Shown piece by piece: positions 59,771 through 64,000 of a stretch of DNA of 64,000 bases. The notes under the pieces were generated by a model that saw nothing but the letters and a program-made list of their open reading frames with translations, made no database searches and had not been told where the DNA came from. Position 1 is the first letter of the stretch; every line of letters begins with the position of its first letter. Both the position numbers and the translations under genes were made by a program. Source of the stretch: Amphiscolops sp. MND2022 (Eukaryota); contig OZ076413.1 of the NCBI GenBank assembly GCA_964187785.1, forward strand, positions 47,246,001 through 47,310,000, in the 5' to 3' direction.

Positions 59771-59931
59771 AAATAAATACATTATTTTATAAATTTATTT
59801 ATTATATTATCCTTTTATAATTATTATCATTTTATAAAAATAAATATATTATTTTATAAAGTTTTATTTATCATATCAGCAAAGCTGTATTATTATATTT
59901 TTTTTAATTCATATATTTAAATTATATTTAT

Positions 59932-61161
59932 TTATAATAAATCAAAATGCCTTTGTCCATCACCACTGATACTTATCAGCTTGGGTGTTAGGACTAGGGC
60001 ATAAGCTATATAATCTGCTACATCAATGGCAGCATTAAATTTAAATTCTAATCTAATAGGTTGACTTGCAATATTATCTTTTTGTTTGGATAAATCAAAT
60101 ACATAGAAATTATAATTTGTCCTGAATTTATGCAAATTAATAAACGGATTGAGTAGATTAGTTTCACTTTTTAACAATAAGAAATTTTCAATTTTACTGT
60201 ATGCTTGATCATATTTGTCTCTACCATAATCATATTCTATTCCATCATCGGGATATTTTTCTGATCCTATTTTACAAACAGCATTTGAAACAGATAAACG
60301 ATCAAATATTGCATTATCATGTGTTTGTGAATCAATTTTATTTCTAGCTTGAAAAGCAACAATTAAAAACGTTGGTGTTGATTCTCCACTATTACTTAAT
60401 TCAATTGTCCAATTATTATTCGTGTTAACATCTTTTCTATATACAATCCGTTCCATGTAATATAATTCAGTTGGATCTTTGTCTATTACTTGATCCATCA
60501 CGAGTTGTTGGTTTTCCATTGATGGTGTGTAGTGTGGAATGTACCAGGAGATGTCTTTTATATTTATTTTTGCAGCATCTACACCGTTGTCCCTTATAAT
60601 GGGGTCGTTATTATTATTTCGTTTTAAAGTTAGAGTATAACCCAATCCATAAGTTATTTTTTCTTGATCAGCAAATCCAAATATATCAGTTAATTTTATT
60701 CTAACAAAAAAGGTTCCTTTTTCTGTTTTGTTTGTTGTTAGTTCTTGTCTTCTAGTTGCTTGTGATTCTTCAAATCCGTACATCAATTGACTTGTTTGTT
60801 GATTAGATGTTGAAAGTTTATACATCAATGAAATTGGGTGTAGATTATCAACTTTTTCTAAATGTTTACCTGAACTAGTAGTTAACTTAGCTTCACTAAA
60901 TAAAGCAACAGGTCCAAAATTAACTAAACTTATTTGATCACCATCTGCATATCTTGTATCGTCAATTTTGAGAACTTCAAATTCTAATGATTTGTATGAG
61001 TTTTGTAAACAAATATATGCATCTTCTCTTGGGAAGATGATGGAAATATTTGAATTACTATTATTAATTGTAGCTAAACTATTGGGTGAGTATTTAATAA
61101 AATCAATTTTATGAATAGGTGTATACATAGCATGTTTATTTTTCAATGAAAATAATTCCAT
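59932..61161 (-). CDS. major capsid protein (double jelly-roll, Polinton/adintovirus type)
   Basis: 409-aa beta-rich ORF (YICLQNSY.SLEFEV, NFGPVALFSEAKL, FYVFDLSKQ, IRLEFKF) in Polinton context; recognised by resemblance only. Confidence 0.75.
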   Translation of the reverse strand: MELFSLKNKHAMYTPIHKIDFIKYSPNSLATINNSNSNISIIFPREDAYICLQNSYKSLEFEVLKIDDTRYADGDQISLVNFGPVALFSEAKLTTSSGKHLEKVDNLHPISLMYKLSTSNQQTSQLMYGFEESQATRRQELTTNKTEKGTFFVRIKLTDIFGFADQEKITYGLGYTLTLKRNNNNDPIIRDNGVDAAKINIKDISWYIPHYTPSMENQQLVMDQVIDKDPTELYYMERIVYRKDVNTNNNWTIELSNSGESTPTFLIVAFQARNKIDSQTHDNAIFDRLSVSNAVCKIGSEKYPDDGIEYDYGRDKYDQAYSKIENFLLLKSETNLLNPFINLHKFRTNYNFYVFDLSKQKDNIASQPIRLEFKFNAAIDVADYIAYALVLTPKLISISGDGQRHFDLL

Positions 61162-61229
61162 TTATAAAAGAATAAATTTTCATGATGATGATTTAAAATT
61201 TAGATTTATATTATTTTTACTAAATAAAT

Positions 61230-61742
61230 TTATCCTAAAAAAATAAACTCAGAATTTAGTTTAGTTTTGTTCGTTTTGTATGTATCATAAGTTTGTTTTA
61301 ATTTGTTGTATTCATTCAGATCAATTATATTGTCTTCTAAACATTTTGAATGTAGTTTACAGAAATCATGTAGTGTTCTACCAGCAAGAGTATATTTTTT
61401 AATATTGTGTTGTTCTTTTCTTTTCAGATACTCTCCAGCAATTTTACTAAATATACATAAACCAGCTCCAATACCACTTGCTATAGGTACAACAACAAGT
61501 CCAACTCCTGTGACACTCAACGTGACACATGTTGATGATACTGCTAGTACTGAAACTCCATCAATAGATTGAATTAAACCGTTTATAATTTTATATATTT
61601 TAGATTTCTTCTTATACTTTTTAGCTTCATGATTATAAAAATTTTGAATATCTTTTTTATTTTGAATTGAATTATTAAAACTATTTATTTCTTTCAATCG
61701 CAAATCACTTGGTTGTAATCATGGGTACAATTTTTCACTCAT
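61230..61742 (-). pseudogene. Polinton small membrane protein with hydrophobic hairpin; in-frame TGA at codon 8
   Basis: MSEKLYP*LQPSDLRLKE... then GVSVLAVSSTCVTLSVTGVGLVVVPIASGIGAGLCIFSKIAG. TAAATG start at 61742, stop at 61719-61721. Confidence 0.65.
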
Positions 61743-61799
61743 TTAATTTTAAATAAAAACTTAATTTTATAAAGTATTTAGTTTAAATTTTACAAGTAT

Positions 61800-62503
61800 T
61801 CACTCTTCAAAAAGTATGAAATTTATCTCAGTATCGGTTAGTTTCATTCTATATTTAAGATCAACAAAATCTTTGCTTTCATCTATTTTTAAGCACTTCA
61901 AAGAATCTTCTCGCGTTGAATAGTCTAAATCAGATAAATAATATACACCATCTGATGTCTTTATTTTTGTTCCGTATTTTTCAAGCAAGTATTCATCTGT
62001 AAAGTTCAAATACGACTGGAATATTTGGTCTTTATTTTCAAATGAGTCAAACAATCCTTTATTATATAGTAATTGAATAGTATCTTTGACTGCTTGATTT
62101 TTACATTTTTCCAATTCCGAAATAAGGTTTCTCTCGAAATGATTACGTAAAATGGTTTGTTGTTCTTCCACTAACTTGGCAGCATCCAAAATTATTTCTT
62201 TTTCTTTTCTAAAAACCTATTTTTAACATCTTGTTCTAAGTATTTCAGGTTGATTTTCAAGTCTTCGATATTTTTGTTTATGTCTAAGAATAACTTTGCA
62301 TTGACTACTACCTTGGTTTCACCATCATCAAAATTAATTTCTTGTACACTTTGTAGGTTATCAGTCATACCATTTATGGTGCTTTGCATATCATTTGGTT
62401 TCAAGTTAATTAATTTGGTTTGTGATTCCAATTCTTTTTCTAAATTCTCAATCTTATTTTTTTGTAAGCTTTCGGCACTATAACCAAATTTATGAATTGA
62501 CAT
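61800..62503 (-). pseudogene. hypothetical coiled-coil protein, probably one gene split by a frameshift at ~62213
   Basis: ORFs 62192-62503 and 61800-62189 abut. The second has no ATG and its frame is open back to a T5 run (FRKEKEIILDAAK). Confidence 0.55.
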
Positions 62504-62526
62504 TATTTATTTAAATATAATTACTC

Positions 62527-63375
62527 CTAACGATGGAAAATATTCATACTTTCTAACGTTTTGTTGTTAGATTTAAAGTTGAATACACTTCCTAAAAGTT
62601 CTTGTTCATAATAGTTTCCTTCTATTTGTTCGTTGTTTTCATCTACTAAACCATACGTAACTGGGTTAGTTGGAATAATCTTATGTATTTTAAAAAGTTC
62701 TTTATTCCAATTTGTTGTATAACCTTTACTATAAAAATTGTGTTTATCAGGAACTCTTACATAGTCTCCCACTTGAAATTTGGGTTGTTTCGGTTTATTA
62801 ACAAAAGTAGGTGGATCTATTGGTTGATTATTAGCTTCAAAAGGTGTCATGCGGGTTGTGGTATGCACCCTATTATTATACTTATCCAAAGCTTTACTAA
62901 GGTGATTCAACCAGTTACCTTTACCTTCAATGTACATTGGTTCTTTGATTAAGTCCAAAAGTGTTTTATTGAAGCGTTCAACAAAAACAACTTTTAAATC
63001 TGAATTAGTTGAATAAATTTGAATTTCATTTTGTTTAAGAAAATCCAAAATTGTTTTATTATAAAACTCTTTACCTCTATCTGACCAAATTTTATCAGGT
63101 TTTCTTTTTGCTTTTTCAATAAGACTTTTAAATGCATTTGTTGTATTTTTTCCTGATTTATCTTTAAGAGGAATCGCCCATGCATTTTTAGTATGATTGT
63201 CAATTATTGTGAAAATAAACTTGTAGTTTTTGTTGTATTTTGCTAAGCTAGACCTGTCTATCAGATCAATACTCCAACACTCATCTTTGTAGTGAGTTTG
63301 TATTTGAATTCTTCGAAACTTTTTGATTACAGGAGAGAATATTTCTTTAGCAATTTCTTTCTTCTTTTCTTTCAT
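62527..63375 (-). CDS. int: retroviral-like (rve) integrase of the Polinton
   Basis: WSIDLID, IIDNHTK, IWSDRGKEF and VERFNKTL DDE motifs; FQVGDYVR SH3-like tail; no chromodomain. Confidence 0.92.
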   Translation of the reverse strand: MKEKKKEIAKEIFSPVIKKFRRIQIQTHYKDECWSIDLIDRSSLAKYNKNYKFIFTIIDNHTKNAWAIPLKDKSGKNTTNAFKSLIEKAKRKPDKIWSDRGKEFYNKTILDFLKQNEIQIYSTNSDLKVVFVERFNKTLLDLIKEPMYIEGKGNWLNHLSKALDKYNNRVHTTTRMTPFEANNQPIDPPTFVNKPKQPKFQVGDYVRVPDKHNFYSKGYTTNWNKELFKIHKIIPTNPVTYGLVDENNEQIEGNYYEQELLGSVFNFKSNNKTLESMNIFHR

Positions 63376-63584
63376 TTATGTCCTAATAAATGAATAAAAA
63401 ATTTTATATAGGTTTATTATAGTTTGATATATTTATTGGTTTGATTTCTTAGTAATTTTCTTAGTAAAATCACTAAGCAAATATACTAAGAGTATATATT
63501 CGGGCATTAAGCATATAGGTTACACTTAAAACATCATGCTCTTAGTGATTTTCTAAGTGCTCTTAGTGATTTTTTACTAAATAA
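63376..63584. promoter_or_regulatory. divergent intergenic region with repeated CTTAGT/ACTAAG motifs
   Basis: Six CTTAGT/ACTAAG plus near matches between 63448 and 63580. Confidence 0.5.
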
Positions 63585-64000
63585 ATGAAGTGTATAATTT
63601 GTGGAAAAAGTAATGAAAAATCTGTCTGCTCCGATTGTGAGATTAAAAAAAGATGTAAAGAATGTAATATATTGAAAACAGGTTTTTACAAATATAAAAA
63701 TGGTAAATTGTATAGTACATGTATAGAATGTTTCAATAAAAAAGTAAAATGTGAATTCTGTAATAAAGAATTCAATAAAACTTATTTATCAAAACATTTA
63801 AAAAGATGTATTATCAATCATGATAATAATAGTTATACAAATAATACCGAAGGTGTTTCGCGTATTATAAATCATAATGATGAAAATCTTGAAAATAATA
63901 TTATAAATAATAATGATGAAAATAATAATGATGAAAATAATACCGGAGGCCAGCAAAGCTGTAATAGAACATTAATAGTTGGCCCATCATTTTGTGGTAA
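63585..64000 (+). CDS. DNA packaging ATPase (A32/FtsK-like), N-terminal part, with Cys-rich extension; absent from the ORF track because it is truncated
   Basis: Open frame MKCIICGK..CSDC..CKEC..CIEC..CEFC..HLKRC, then an Asn-rich linker, then RTLIVGPSFCG(K) Walker A at the window end. Confidence 0.8.
   Translation, partial: MKCIICGKSNEKSVCSDCEIKKRCKECNILKTGFYKYKNGKLYSTCIECFNKKVKCEFCNKEFNKTYLSKHLKRCIINHDNNSYTNNTEGVSRIINHNDENLENNIINNNDENNNDENNTGGQQSCNRTLIVGPSFCG

Larger units (their letters stand above)
54660..64000. mobile_element. Polinton/Maverick (adintovirus-like endogenous virus), left part
   Basis: Starts AGTAGT, interrupting a HINE-like copy. Carries pPolB, capsid, rve integrase and Walker-A ATPase genes. 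Very AT-rich and intronless. Confidence 0.95.

Overview
AT-rich, repeat-dense eukaryotic (invertebrate-like) genomic DNA with spliceosomal introns. 1-14619 is a young, minus-strand Ty3/Gypsy LTR retrotransposon: gag, -1 frameshift, PR-RT-RH-IN pol, and LTRs that differ at about 1 of 397 comparable bases. Its unusual ~5.6 kb cargo lies between pol and the 3' LTR. One part is a seven-exon antisense gene (1802-5818, ~1109 aa, six phase-consistent GT-AG introns) that resembles a catalytically degenerate hAT-transposase-like protein with a BED-like zinc finger. The other is a divergently oriented 304-aa disordered ORF with SIM-, NLS- and RVxF-like motifs that runs across the PPT into the 3' LTR. 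This is the best candidate for an undescribed system. 14.6-54.6 kb is mostly non-autonomous elements: many Helentron/DINE-1-like copies, MITEs, a palindromic IS630/Tc1 derivative, a hAT relic, a tandem duplication and a tRNA-derived SINE. It also holds two exons of a host tyrosylprotein sulfotransferase. From 54660 to the window end is a decaying Polinton/Maverick (adintovirus-like) element with pPolB, major capsid, membrane protein, integrase and packaging ATPase; five of its six genes start at TAAATG. All calls were made by eye without database searches.
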